DNA from: Octopus bimaculoides
Lineage: Eukaryota
Direction of reading: 5' to 3'
DNA: 55,692 nt
Assembly: GCF_001194135.2 (NCBI RefSeq)
Contig: NC_069001.1
Location: 38,846,536-38,902,227 of the forward strand
The notes under the pieces were generated by a model. The model had not been told where the DNA came from and did no database searches. It was given only the letters and a program-made list of their open reading frames with translations. Of the stretch, positions 14,601 through 24,350 are shown piece after piece. Both the position numbers and the translations under genes were made by a program. Within the stretch, counting starts at the first letter, position 1. Every line of letters starts with the position of its first letter.

Positions 14601-15325
14601 GTTGAGTGGCACATTGAAAGCACCCACTACCCTCTTGGGGTAGTTGGTGGTAGGAAGGGCATCCAGCTGTAGAAACCTTGCCAAATCAGATTGGGAGCTT
14701 GGTGCAGCTTCCTGTTCAGTCCATTGCAGGATGAATGCCTCAACATGTTGCATGTTCTCTCCACCAATCATGGTCGGATGTGGAGGCCATTAATTGTTTA
14801 GTTTGAGTTCATGCTTGTTTGATGAGCTGAGTCTGGCACCCTGGCTTCATGTGTGTATATATAATATATATATGTATGTGTGATACCTCTTTAAGTACTC
14901 TGTAAATTAGAATCTGGCTAACAAAATGGTCGACATGTTTAGGTTATTGTTTATTTCTTGAGACAGGAACAGTTTATATAAATCCAAAGATGATTGCTAA
15001 TTAGTTTTAGTGTATTGATCACAAAATATATCAAGATGAAAGAAGGCGTATAATGAATACAGAACATTGATGATACATCTTTATTCTTGATATTTTTACT
15101 AAGCATGTGCCACAGGTGTATGTCTGTATGTATGGTGCGTTTCTCATGTGTCTCGTAATTTGTTTCAGCTTCGACTACGGTGAGAAGTTCTGGGTGATCA
15201 AGTGGAAACAGTTTACCTGTGCGTGTGGTTCGCCTAAATGTAAGTACTCTGCTGATACCATCCGACAGACGTTGGAGGAGTACCGTCTACGACACGGGGA
15301 AGACGACACTCCACAGGAGTCATGA
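726..15325 (+). CDS. EHMT1: Euchromatic histone-lysine N-methyltransferase (G9a/GLP, EHMT1/2 orthologue), 5'-partial, spliced CDS of 19 visible exons (2124 nt = 707 aa + stop)
   Basis: Exons 726-869, 1277-1485, 2123-2265, 2708-2774, 3208-3290, 3638-3744, [gap], 5324-5425, 6133-6237, 6943-7058, 7627-7665, 8669-8732, 9423-9529, 10216-10360, 11419-11496, 12220-12335, 12505-12591, 12788-12866, 13483-13658, 15169-15325 all have AG/GT ends and matching phases. Translation gives [17 protein letters not shown], ankyrin repeats ([25 protein letters not shown]), pre-SET cysteines, SET ([31 protein letters not shown]) and post-[11 protein letters not shown], closely matching vertebrate EHMT1/2. Invertebrates typically have one gene, so EHMT1 vs EHMT2 is nominal. 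Confidence 0.97.
1277..1485 (+). CDS. EHMT1: EHMT exon (GRFYQC...HNFHKQC...[10 protein letters not shown]...), phase 0-2
   Basis: ttttcctttcgctcag|GGA ... CCA AA|gtaagt; [10 protein letters not shown] motif as in EHMT1. Confidence 0.92.
2123..2265 (+). CDS. EHMT1: EHMT linker exon ([21 protein letters not shown]...PTVFTS), phase 2-1
   Basis: ttctccccttcacag|A ... TCA G|gtaatc; open and phase-consistent, though poorly conserved. Confidence 0.8.
2708..2774 (+). CDS. EHMT1: EHMT exon ([22 protein letters not shown]), phase 1-2
   Basis: ttttcag|CT ... AG|gtgagg; resembles EHMT1 GPGKETLESALIALDSEK. Confidence 0.88.
3208..3290 (+). CDS. EHMT1: EHMT exon ([27 protein letters not shown]), phase 2-1
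   Basis: gtttcag|A ... TTA G|gtaagt; matches [27 protein letters not shown]. Confidence 0.93.
3638..3744 (+). CDS. EHMT1: EHMT ankyrin exon ([36 protein letters not shown]), phase 1-0
   Basis: ttttgtgtag|TT ... CAA|gtaaga; ankyrin consensus. Confidence 0.94.
3783..3997 (+). mobile_element. SINE family A copy (tRNA-like head ggcagcgagctggcagaatcgttagc)
   Basis: Homologous copies at 9778-9992 (-), 27985-28184 (-), 29899-30045 (+), 35880-35985 (+), 39870-40080 (+) and 45035-45135 (+). Confidence 0.75.
4104..4985. other. Assembly gap (882 N) inside EHMT, probably containing one ankyrin-coding exon
   Basis: N run between the phase-0 donor at 3745 and the phase-0 acceptor at 5323; the expected ankyrin segment is absent from the flanking sequence. 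Confidence 0.85.
5324..5425 (+). CDS. EHMT1: EHMT ankyrin exon ([34 protein letters not shown]), phase 0-0
   Basis: ttgttgcag|GGT ... CAG|gtaagt. Confidence 0.95.
6133..6237 (+). CDS. EHMT1: EHMT ankyrin exon ([35 protein letters not shown]), phase 0-0
   Basis: tgtgtttaaag|GAT ... AAT|gtaagt; methyl-lysine cage W..W..E residues. Confidence 0.95.
6310..6745. repeat. Degenerate minisatellite of about 40-bp units in an EHMT intron
   Basis: Recurrent gaactgtgttatacacactggtagatgtgtgtatataacata-like units, roughly 10-11 copies. Confidence 0.65.
6943..7058 (+). CDS. EHMT1: EHMT ankyrin exon ([39 protein letters not shown]), phase 0-2
   Basis: ttttgtttccag|GAA ... CT|gtaagt. Confidence 0.95.
7627..7665 (+). 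CDS. EHMT1: EHMT 39-nt exon ([13 protein letters not shown]), phase 2-2
   Basis: ttccttgcag|A ... GT|gtaagt; matches HIAARENRYDCVV. Confidence 0.92.
8669..8732 (+). CDS. EHMT1: EHMT exon ([21 protein letters not shown]), phase 2-0
   Basis: ttcccaacag|G ... GAC|gtaagt. Confidence 0.92.
9423..9529 (+). CDS. EHMT1: EHMT exon ([36 protein letters not shown]), phase 0-2
   Basis: ttgttgcttgtag|TGT ... AG|gtaaac; matches CASLNSQVWSALQMSKAL...ERIVSR. Confidence 0.9.
9778..9992 (-). mobile_element. SINE family A copy, CpG-decayed
   Basis: Reverse complement of 3783-3997; many CpG>TpG/CpA changes relative to the 28 kb copy. Confidence 0.75.
10216..10360 (+). CDS. EHMT1: EHMT pre-SET exon ([48 protein letters not shown]), phase 2-0
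   Basis: actttacag|A ... CAG|gtgagt. Confidence 0.94.
10913..11081. mobile_element. 169-bp MITE with about 45-bp TIRs and TTAA target duplication (Kolobok-like GG...CC termini) in an EHMT intron
   Basis: TTAA|GGATCAGAATACATGTCTTTGGGTGCTACTAATAG ... CTATTAGTAGCACCCAAAGGCATGTACTGTGACCC|TTAA. Confidence 0.75.
11419..11496 (+). CDS. EHMT1: EHMT pre-SET exon ([26 protein letters not shown]), phase 0-0
   Basis: ttctttcag|AGT ... CAG|gtgaga; pre-SET Cys cluster. Confidence 0.94.
11590..11912 (-). mobile_element. SINE family B copy
   Basis: ggccatgctggggcac ... ttgtcaag ... gtctaccaaattcact ... tagaaacatacttgcccaag ... cagtgggattgaac; related copies at 5010-5150, 19120-19480, 25603-25920, 29225-29400, 30405-30470, 44890-45000 and 49425-49630. 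Confidence 0.7.
12220..12335 (+). CDS. EHMT1: EHMT pre-SET exon ([39 protein letters not shown]), phase 0-2
   Basis: ttctgtttcag|ATG ... GT|gtaagt. Confidence 0.95.
12505..12591 (+). CDS. EHMT1: EHMT SET exon ([29 protein letters not shown]), phase 2-2
   Basis: ttttcttccag|A ... GA|gtgagt. Confidence 0.96.
12788..12866 (+). CDS. EHMT1: EHMT SET exon ([26 protein letters not shown]), phase 2-0
   Basis: ttctgtttcag|G ... AAG|gtaact. Confidence 0.96.
13483..13658 (+). CDS. EHMT1: EHMT SET exon ([59 protein letters not shown]), phase 0-2
   Basis: ctctctctgcag|GAT ... GG|gtaggt; RFINHxCxPN motif. Confidence 0.97.
14480..14790 (+). mobile_element. Retroposon family D copy in the last EHMT intron
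   Basis: gctgtgcttgagaagac (twice), aaagcacccactac, aggaagggcatccagctgtagaaaccttgccaaatcagatt shared with 1-336. Confidence 0.65.
15169..15325 (+). CDS. EHMT1: EHMT terminal coding exon ([27 protein letters not shown]...PQES*)
   Basis: ttgtttcag|C TTC GAC TAC ... TCA TGA; catalytic FDYG and post-SET CxCxxxxC. Confidence 0.96.
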
Positions 15326-15830
15326 AACAATCTCAGTTGACCGGGCAGACAGCTGTGTGGACAATTATATATATATAGCAGTTATGATGGTGATGACGAA
15401 GACGACTTGAAGATGATTACGATGACAGTGGTGATGATCATGATGTTAATTGGTAAAACTAAATCTCTTGACCAAAATAATGGAACAAAATGTAAAAATT
15501 TAAATGGAATTAAGACGATTTTGAAAAATGTGAAACGTTGAAATGATTCTTTTCGACAGAATGTGAGCTCTGTGTTAATGTTTTGGTGTTGCTGTCTCCA
15601 GAGCTGGGGCAGTGTGGTCTCACATCTTTCAATGTTGGATTGCTTGTTGAGAGAGAGAGAGAACAGCAGGAGCAATGGGGGCAGAAGGATTATGTAGGAT
15701 TAAATACCTGCACAAAACACGTTTGTCCTAAATGTGTGTGTGTATATATGTATATATATATATATACACACACATACATACACAATTATCAAAATTTATA
15801 TAATTGCATTTGTGTATGCATGCATGTGTA

Positions 15831-15874
<44 letters not shown>

Positions 15875-15921
15875 TAAATATACAATCCACTCACTCCTCA
15901 GTTGTGTGTGTATGTATATAT

Positions 15922-15963
<42 letters not shown>

Positions 15964-17015
15964 GCATGAAAATTTTTACTGTCAACCTTTTTACTTTTCT
16001 TTTCTGACATTTGAAATTCCAATATTTTCTATCAAAACAATCACCACCACTACTACTTCATTAATACCCCCTATTCTACCACCACCACTACTCCTCCTCC
16101 TATCATCATCAACACTACTCTTTTGATGCCAACCATTGGTGACCACCCCTACTGCTTCTATGATTCAAACTTTCCTGTTTCAAAGTGATCTAAATTAAAT
16201 CCTTCCATCAAAATCTCATATTAATTTATGTTCCAAACTCCAGCTTAAATAACGACAAAATTATTTTAATAAATTCATTATTTTCAAAATTCATTGAAAC
16301 AAAGACTGTTTTCCGACAGAAAAAAATGTAACTAAAGTGTTGTTTGTGGTCAGTTGGTCAATCATCAAATTGTGTTGAGATAAAGGTTGGAGTTTGTTGT
16401 TTCACATTTCTGCACTTGACCACAACAGGCCTCTGTCTGTTCTGGTTAAACTTTGTTCTAATTGGTCATTGAATGTGTGTGTGTGAGTGTGTTATGGTCA
16501 ACAAACCTGGCAGGAGAAACAGATTGACCAAAACTGCCAAAAATCTGTTTAATTTGTCTTTTTTGCCCCCCCCCCCTATTTTATTGAAATTGAGTGTGAG
16601 TGGTACCTTGAATGTGAGTGTAAGCATTAATGTAAATAATTAGTGAACTCATTCATAGCTTGAGTGAGAGAGAGACGTGTGTGTGTGTGTGCATTTGGCA
16701 AACGAATGCAAGAACTTTTTTATGTTTCTCATCATCCCACCCTCACCCCGTCCCCTACGCAGACAGTAGCAGGAATCTGGATTTTGGTGAATGCTTCAGT
16801 GACAGTTGTATGGGTGGTGGTTGATGACAGCTGATGTATGAGGCTGCAGTTTAGGACTTTTGTTTTAATTGGATTGGGAAGAGGTGGGAGGGAGGGAAAT
16901 ATTTTAACAAACCCCTAAAACAGTTGATGTATGAGACCCCCCCCCCCTCGCAAACCAAAGGAACTTAATGGATTGTCAAGTATTTTTGTTGAAAGAGAAT
17001 CAGTTCTAACTGGAG

Positions 17016-17120
17016 GAGGGTAGATCCAGCTTCATTCCATCGAGGGCGGACACTGCTCCACTCCATTGAGGGTAGTCACTGCTCCATTTTGTTGAGGGTA
17101 GACTTAACCCCATCTCCATC
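17016..17120. repeat. 26-bp period tandem repeat, 4 units
   Basis: gaggg(t/c)(a/g)g unit starts at 17016, 17042, 17068 and 17094. Confidence 0.8.
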
Positions 17121-20100
17121 CTGCAAGTGCTGAACACCCACATCCCACCAACTCTTATTCTCCAAAACATCCTGAAACATTTTCAAGAATTTCTGATGAC
17201 TTGACACTTATTAACATTTCAGAAATTCCATTTTAATGTAGAATATTTCCAATAACCAATAAAATTATTATAATTGACCCATAATTTAAAATGTAACCAA
17301 CTTTGGAGTAAGAATATGGTAGATACCATATCATCCACTTCAGGAACTTTGATGCCAATGTAGACTGTTGACTTTTCTCAGCAAATAGAAGTTGTCTGTG
17401 GCTCTCACAAGACAACCTTCTGTTATCATGTCTACACTCAGTTTAAATCCTACCAAAAATATATGTTCCTTAATTGGTGTATTAATTAGGGCTCATTAAA
17501 TTGACCCCACTTAGCCCTCATTTAAGAAATTCTGATGAAGACAACCAACTGATTGATCATGGTTTCATGTTGAAGTCACCTCCATGCACACACATGGGTT
17601 GTGTGGTAGGTGTGAGAGGCCTATCTGGTCAGTTTGACCAAAGTTTGAGAGAAAACGGCCTGCAGCAAGGGACTGGGGCTCTGAGCCCCTTCTCTCCCAT
17701 TGTCTTACATGTAATCCAGCTAAATCCCTCTGAAATCATACCCTGCTCTCCTTCACAAAGGAAAGGATATGTTATTAATGTAGTTGTAAATGGGACGGCC
17801 ATGACTGGGTTGTCTGATCAGAATGAAAAACTGACTCTCATGTCTGCATGTTTAATGGTTACCTGTTACAGTGTGTGTGTGTGTGTGGGGGGGGGGGCGC
17901 ATTAGTGTCATGTGCTACCCTCAGTATTTCTGAGCCAGTGTCAGATTGAAAAAATTACATGACCTACGCTGTGGACAACCCAAATGACCACCACCACTGA
18001 GTGTCCGTAAGAAGAGGACTGTTGAAATAGCAAACCACTACAAAGAATCATATTAATGAGTTATGTTGATGATGATGATGACCAGGGTGTCCCCTCCTCT
18101 CCATCAAGCCACCCCCACTACAAACTTTTGTTTTCAATTAAACATTTTCTTTTAATTACTTTGTTATCTCCTAAATTTTGTGTTCTGTTCTCATGATGGG
18201 AGGGGCAGGACACACAGACAGCTCTCCCCGCTTCATCTCTCTCTCTCTCTTTCCAACATTCAGTTCATTCTGTCGAAATCTGTCTTATTGGTCTCAGTCA
18301 ATGGGCCACGGCCATTCTGGGGCAGTTCAAAAGTCACTTGATTAAATTTCTTCCTTCCCTCTCCTGCACAAAAACGTTTTTTATCGACCAAAATGACTTC
18401 GGAAGAAAAGTGAAAAAAAAAAAAAATACAAAAAAAAAATAATAACTTTGAGCTGGGACTCGACAAAAGAGGAGGTTACTTGTTTGGCACATGACCTCTG
18501 AACTCTGACCTCTATTACACAAAATATAAACGATGAAATGAAAACAAGAAAAACTATTAAAAAAGTAAATAAAAGAAATCAAGCCAACCTCAAACGAAAT
18601 GCAAAAAAAAAAATATTTGAAAATCCCCCAAATTTCTTGTATTTAAAAGAAAAAAAAAAATTTCTCCCTTGAAACTCCAATGTACAAATTAAAAATTAAA
18701 CAAGAAATCNNNNNNNNNNNNNNNNNNNNNNNNNNNNNNNNNNNNNNNNNNNNNNNNNNNNNNNNNNNNNNNNNNNNNNNNNNNNNNNNNNNNNNNNNNN
18801 NNNNNNNNNNNNNNNNNNNNNNNNNNTCTGCAGACAACAAACAATTTCAATTTTCTTTGTTTCTCTTCCAGGGTTTTTTTTTTTTTCCTTCTCCAATAAA
18901 AACCTTTTTTTTCTCCAAAACAAACAACAAAAGCAAAAATTGTGTTTTGTTGTGTGTGTATTGTGAACGCTTTTGGCTGAATCGGTTGCGGGTATTTGGC
19001 TCATGATTGCAAGGTCCTGAGTTCAATTCCTGGTGGTCTGTTGTGTCCTTGAGCAAGACACTTTATTTTACGTTGCTCCAGTCCACTCAGTTACTAATGA
19101 AAGTGTGTTGTACCGGCATAGGTTGTCAAGCGATGTTGGGGGGGCAGACACAAACATACACACAACAAGCTTCTTTCAGTCCCGTCTACCAAATCCACTT
19201 ACAAGGCTATAGTAGAAGACACTTGCCCAGAGTGCCATGCAGTGGGACTGAACCTGGAACCATGTGATTGGTAAGCAAGCTTCTTACCACTCCTGTGCCT
19301 ATATATGCATATATATATATATATATAGTTATACACACATGATGGGTTTCTTTTAGTTTTGTCTACCAAATCCACTCACAAGGTTTTGGTTGGCCTTGGG
19401 CTATATAGTAGAAGACATACCCTGTGGTGGGACTGAACCTGAAACCATGTAGTTGTGAAGCAAACTTCTTACCCAACAGTCAGGCTTGTGGAGTTATTTA
19501 ATGAGGTGTTGTGTTGTGCTGAAAATATTTTGTCAGGCTTTTTGTGAATCATAATCCACAGATTTTCGAGGAACACAGCATGTGTCTGTGAGTCGGTTGA
19601 GCATCGGCTGAAGGTAAGTGTTCAAATGACTCATCACTGGTACAGAAAAAGAAGCTGACATAAACATCAGAGATTCTTTGCCTCGTTACAGAAACTGCTG
19701 GAGTTCTTCATGGACTAGGCAAGATCTTCTGACAGGGATTAAGGCCATTGCAATATTGGTAGCACTCTTCTGTTATAGAATATATTTGTGAAGATTTTCT
19801 AAATAATTTTCCTTCCATTAATGACTTTCAAATTTATTGATTTCATTATTCTAACGTATCTATAAAAAAACTTTTTGTTCTTTATTAACATTTTTACAGG
19901 AAAAAAATAAAAAGATATTTAAAATATGGAAGATTAAATTATCAAGATAAAGAAAAGACCCTCCTAACTACCTCACCAAGGAAAAAGTAGTGGAACTAAG
20001 CAGCAGGAGATGGTGGTGGGGAGTAACAGGTTAGACATCTCAGAAGAAATGGTGTGTTTAGCGATACCTTGTGGACACGATTGCAAAAGTGTTGCTGTGG

Positions 20101-23100
20101 AGAATGGCCAGTGGCAACATCCACCTCACCTGGTGGGGCTTGAAAACTTAACATTGCTTCCAAGTTTCGTGTATCCACCTTTCCCTTGAGCTGTTGTGAA
20201 AAGGTTAATGACCTTGGCATTCATCTCTACTCATTACAGAGTATGGGAGTTAGGCTTACAGCTTTGACAAGCAGCAAAGTGACTCATTGTAATCACCAAG
20301 ACCAAAGACTGTTTCTGGTGCTCTCTTAGTGTAATCCTGTATGCGACCTAAACAAGGTTTGCCTAAAGTCTGATGAAGCATTTTGTGGGCCTCAGGTTAG
20401 GGTGTTATGTTCATGGTTTCAATTCCTGGACTGGGTGATATATTGGGTCCTTGAGCGAAATACATCATTTCATGTCTCCACTCCACTTTACAACTGGATG
20501 CCATTTCTGCTGTTAACGTTTAACATACGAGGGGTCTTTGAAAGTACAAAGTGATTGATGATCACAGAAAATTGAATTTTAATGTTTAAAAAAAGTCCCA
20601 CAAGTTCATGTAACTTGAATAATTAACAAAAGTTAAAGAAGGGAAATAACTCGTGGATAGTGACAATTCTTATAAAGAAGAAAGGGAGATAATTTCAATG
20701 AAATTAAAAATTTTCATTAACTTCTTTAGGGGTGGGAAGTGTGTGCAACTAATTAACTGTGAACCAATTGAACTGGAAGAGGTAGTTTTTGCTATCAGAG
20801 TGTATATATTTGTGTGTATGTTTGTACATGTATATACATACATTACATGCACATATATTATCTTAATTGGGTAGAATTTGGTTTTCTTTGAAAATAAATC
20901 AACAAAAACAGGTTTATTTATTGGTTAGAGTTTCAAACCTGGCAGGCTCCACCCGCTTTTCTTTCTAATTCTTGCCTCAAACTTGGAATGTCTTCAGCAA
21001 TTTACAAAGAAACAGGTGTCTGATTTCCTCATAATTCTATACACCACCACCACTACTACTACTATTAGTGTGAATGTACTCAACATATAAAGAAGCAAGG
21101 AGATAGAGTAACAACCAGCTCCTCATGTATCAGTCATTAACCGTTTCAAAAAAATGACTTGAGGCAATTTGTAGGAATTCTCAAAGATCTTTGATTTTGT
21201 TTTTACATTTAAAGATTTCTTTTTCTTGCAGAGAATTTCAAGCAATATTTCGGTCGAAGAGAAATTTTGTTGTTGTTGCTAAGGGTTAGGGTTAGTCTTA
21301 ATTTTAAACAAAACCTTATTGATAAATCCAATTGCTCCCAGCACATGTGTGTGGGTGTGATGAGGGAAGTTGGTGACTTACAAGGGTGGGGGTTGAGAGT
21401 TGCAAACAAGGGTACTTCTGAAGAACCACTTAACCTGCAAGAAAAAGCAGCCAAACTCTTTCAAACCCTACCATTTAAGAATGGAAAGGCACATTGGATA
21501 CCAAAAGATAAGGTCATGACATAGAACTGTCCGGATCAGCAATGACCTGGGGTTAAAAACATTGACAAATGAAACAGTGGTCGATGCAGTCCTAGATAAA
21601 CTATGCCTGTAAGTCTGCAACAGTACCAACCTGCATCGAAAACACAGTAACCACAACCATTACTAACTGCTACTACTACTACTACTACTACTAACAACCC
21701 GTTTTACAGTATCTCCAATTTATTAACAGCTAATTAAACTGCCTTCCTCCTTAACTACACTCAGTTTATTAATGACCAATTAATTTCCCACCTCCACACA
21801 CATTACCCCCAGTTTATTGACAATAAATACACAGATGTTTGAAATGAAATGCCAATTAAATTTTTGAATTTTCACTTCAAATACAATCTGGAGAGACAGG
21901 ATCCCACTTCTGTGAGGAAGCATATCTCATTGCAATGTTTGTATGTATGTAGCTCTGTCTATTTTCATTAAATATATATAAGTATGTAGTTGTGATTTCT
22001 TGCTTTGAGTTCACCTGACAGTCGTAAAAAAGAACATTACCGCCATACAAGCGGCGTCTTTTTCCAATTCAATCCACGAGGAATTATTACTTTGCTTTGA
22101 AATAGACGAAGATTGGAGACAGAGAGGGCATCCAGCTGTCCGACCCATGCTAGCATGGAAAAGAGGACACTAAGAGAATCATCGCCTTCTCATACTCCAC
22201 GAATACCTTTTCATACAAGTTACATAAACATATTCAGATTTTAAACATCCATCTTTTTAATTTTTATGCCATTTCAAAATAAGAAAAAAATATCAAAATA
22301 TATTTCGATAAATCTTTCATTTCTCTTAGTTGTTTTCTATTTAACAACATTGAAAAATTCCATTAGACAAAGACACGTGTGGATTTAATTAAAAAGCCAT
22401 CATCGCTGCATTAGAAATAATTGCTTCGTTTTTAAAAATTGTTTCTAGAAATATAAATTCATTTTATACTTTATATTGTGTTGAGATTTTTGGTAAGAGC
22501 AGAGCGTGTGCGCATGGTATACACACACGTATGTATGTATGGATAAATGCCATGCACGGAAAACGCTGGAGTCCGATCAAATACAATAACTACATATAAA
22601 TATTTGTGTGTGTGTGTATATATATATATAAGGCATAACTACAGAGTCATGCCCCACCGACTTTGGATAACTTGATGGATATTTTTAAATGAAATTTTCT
22701 ACGAATGTGCATTATATCATGTAGATTCCGAATATACAAAAGTTTTTGGGGAAAGTGTTTTAGGAGGGGTAGGGAATTTCAGCGGAGTCCACTTCAATTC
22801 GTCTTAACTTTCAAGAAAATGGATATTTTTAAATAAAATTCTCTACAAATATACTTTGGACTATATAGATTCCGAGAACAGGAATTTTTTGGGAAAATAA
22901 TTGGGGGTTATTTATATAAAAATATTGGCCACTTACTGAAAAGGGTAAATGTTTTTCGAACCCCTGCAGTGCCATTGTCCGTGCTGAAATCATTTACCAT
23001 TTTCAGTAAGTGGTCAATATTTTTGTGAAGGATCGATTCCAGTACAAATCCTGTTTGTGACGTACATATTAGGATAATCACAAAGGAGTTTAGGGATTTC

Positions 23101-23180
23101 TGCAAGGAGTGACTGATCAATTATAATTTTTTTCGGTTTTAAAGTTTTTAAAGTTTATTCTGCAGCAATTTGCAATTGAG

Positions 23181-23872
23181 GGGCTAATGCAGTTTTGCAC
23201 CTTTCCTTGGAAAATGCATTTTTTTGAAAAGGTTTTTTTTCTTTTTCCATATTCCTACGTTTCAGATGTCGGAGATTACGAATATACAAAAAAAAAAAAA
23301 AACTAACAACAACAACCCATTTTGAAACTTTTAAATTCAATAAGCATATATATACGTGTATAAATAGATAGATACATCTTCCTGAGGTTAAAATCATTAA
23401 TACCTTCTTCTATAGGACCGTCACATTTAGTTGACAAATATATTTTATGAATAAATGGACAGGGATAAATAGACAGAAAGATAAATATATTGATGAAAAA
23501 GTTCAAAGTTTAAAATTGGGGAGGGGTGAAACTTAAGCCCCTTATTAAAACTTTATAACATTAATTATTAAATATTGTTTGTTTCTCATAAAATGGTGTA
23601 TATTTAATTTATATTAAATTATTTACGATTAAGGCAAACAAAAGTAAAACGCGAATTCTTTTCACTTTAATGTTTTTGTATCTAATTTCGATTTGCATAT
23701 AATTCGTCAATTCTTTAAAGTAAAGAAAATCAAAAATATGAATTGGGGGAATTAATTAAAAAAAATAATTTATTTTCCATGTTCGTAATCTCTGACATTT
23801 AAAACGTAGGAATCCGGAGAAAAAAAAAAAAAGCATTTTTAAGAGGGTGTGTATGCGAAACTGCATTAGCCC
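23181..23872. mobile_element. Foldback/MITE-like element with long degenerate TIRs
   Basis: gggctaatgcagttttgca ... tgcgaaactgcattagccc, plus an inner inverted match attcctacgtttcagatgtcggagattacgaa / ttcgtaatctctgacatttaaaacgtaggaat. Confidence 0.65.
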
Positions 23873-24059
23873 TAGAATTGAAACCGTCAACTTCTGCTGT
23901 CCAGCTTTTATTCTCTTCTCATTTTTAAAATTTTGACATGGATATCATGCAATGTCCTCCATTTCACTTAGACGTATGTTTCCAATATGCACAGACCATG
24001 ACGGACTAATTGACTGTTTAAAAAAATATGGACTTTTATCTCAAGAATCATGTCTGTGA

Positions 24060-24350
24060 GTGTGGCCGCAATTATTCCCGGTACATGAATACCTTGGAAC
24101 CAATTATCCAGCAACATGTTTGTCTAGGTAGCATAATTTTTACTGAAGAATGGGCGGCGTACTGTAATTTGCGAGAAATTTCTAATATTTAACGGTGGAC
24201 CATTTTATATCATTTGTTGAAAGAAGCCATAAGTGTCCACAAATCATATGGAAGCCATGCTGAGCGCATTAAATACCGACAACTTTATGGGGCTTTTTCC
24301 AATTGTTCCGCACATATTTAATCGAATTTATGTGGCGGAAGAGGTACATC
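24060..24350 (+). mobile_element. Merlin / IS1595(ISXO2)-like DDE transposase remnant, frameshifted
   Basis: NTLEPIIQQHVCLGSIIFTEEWAAYCNL, TVDHFISFV and [11 protein letters not shown] in shifting frames resemble TLLPIIxxHVxPGSIIxTDEWxAY / TVNHSxxFV / YLxEFMWRxR. Confidence 0.75.

Noticed and set aside
17016-17120. Regularly spaced short repeats as a CRISPR-like array
   Set aside because: Eukaryotic context, tandem units without unique spacers, no cas genes.
18260-18466. Minus-strand ORF ending GEGRKKFNQVTFELPQNGRGPLTETNKTDFDRMN* after tttttgtgcag
   Set aside because: No homology recognised and no linked upstream exon; the surrounding DNA looks like UTR or intron.
20256-20392. Minus-strand peptide EAHKMLHQTLGKPCLGRIQDYTKRAPETVFGLGDYNE resembling a kinase RAPE motif or a mariner HTH
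   Set aside because: Too short, flanked by stops, and neither resemblance continues; kept only within the speculative convergent-gene finding.
21281-21296. AGGGTTAGGGTTAG telomere-like motif
   Set aside because: Only about two units inside an interspersed repeat; not a telomere or interstitial telomeric array.
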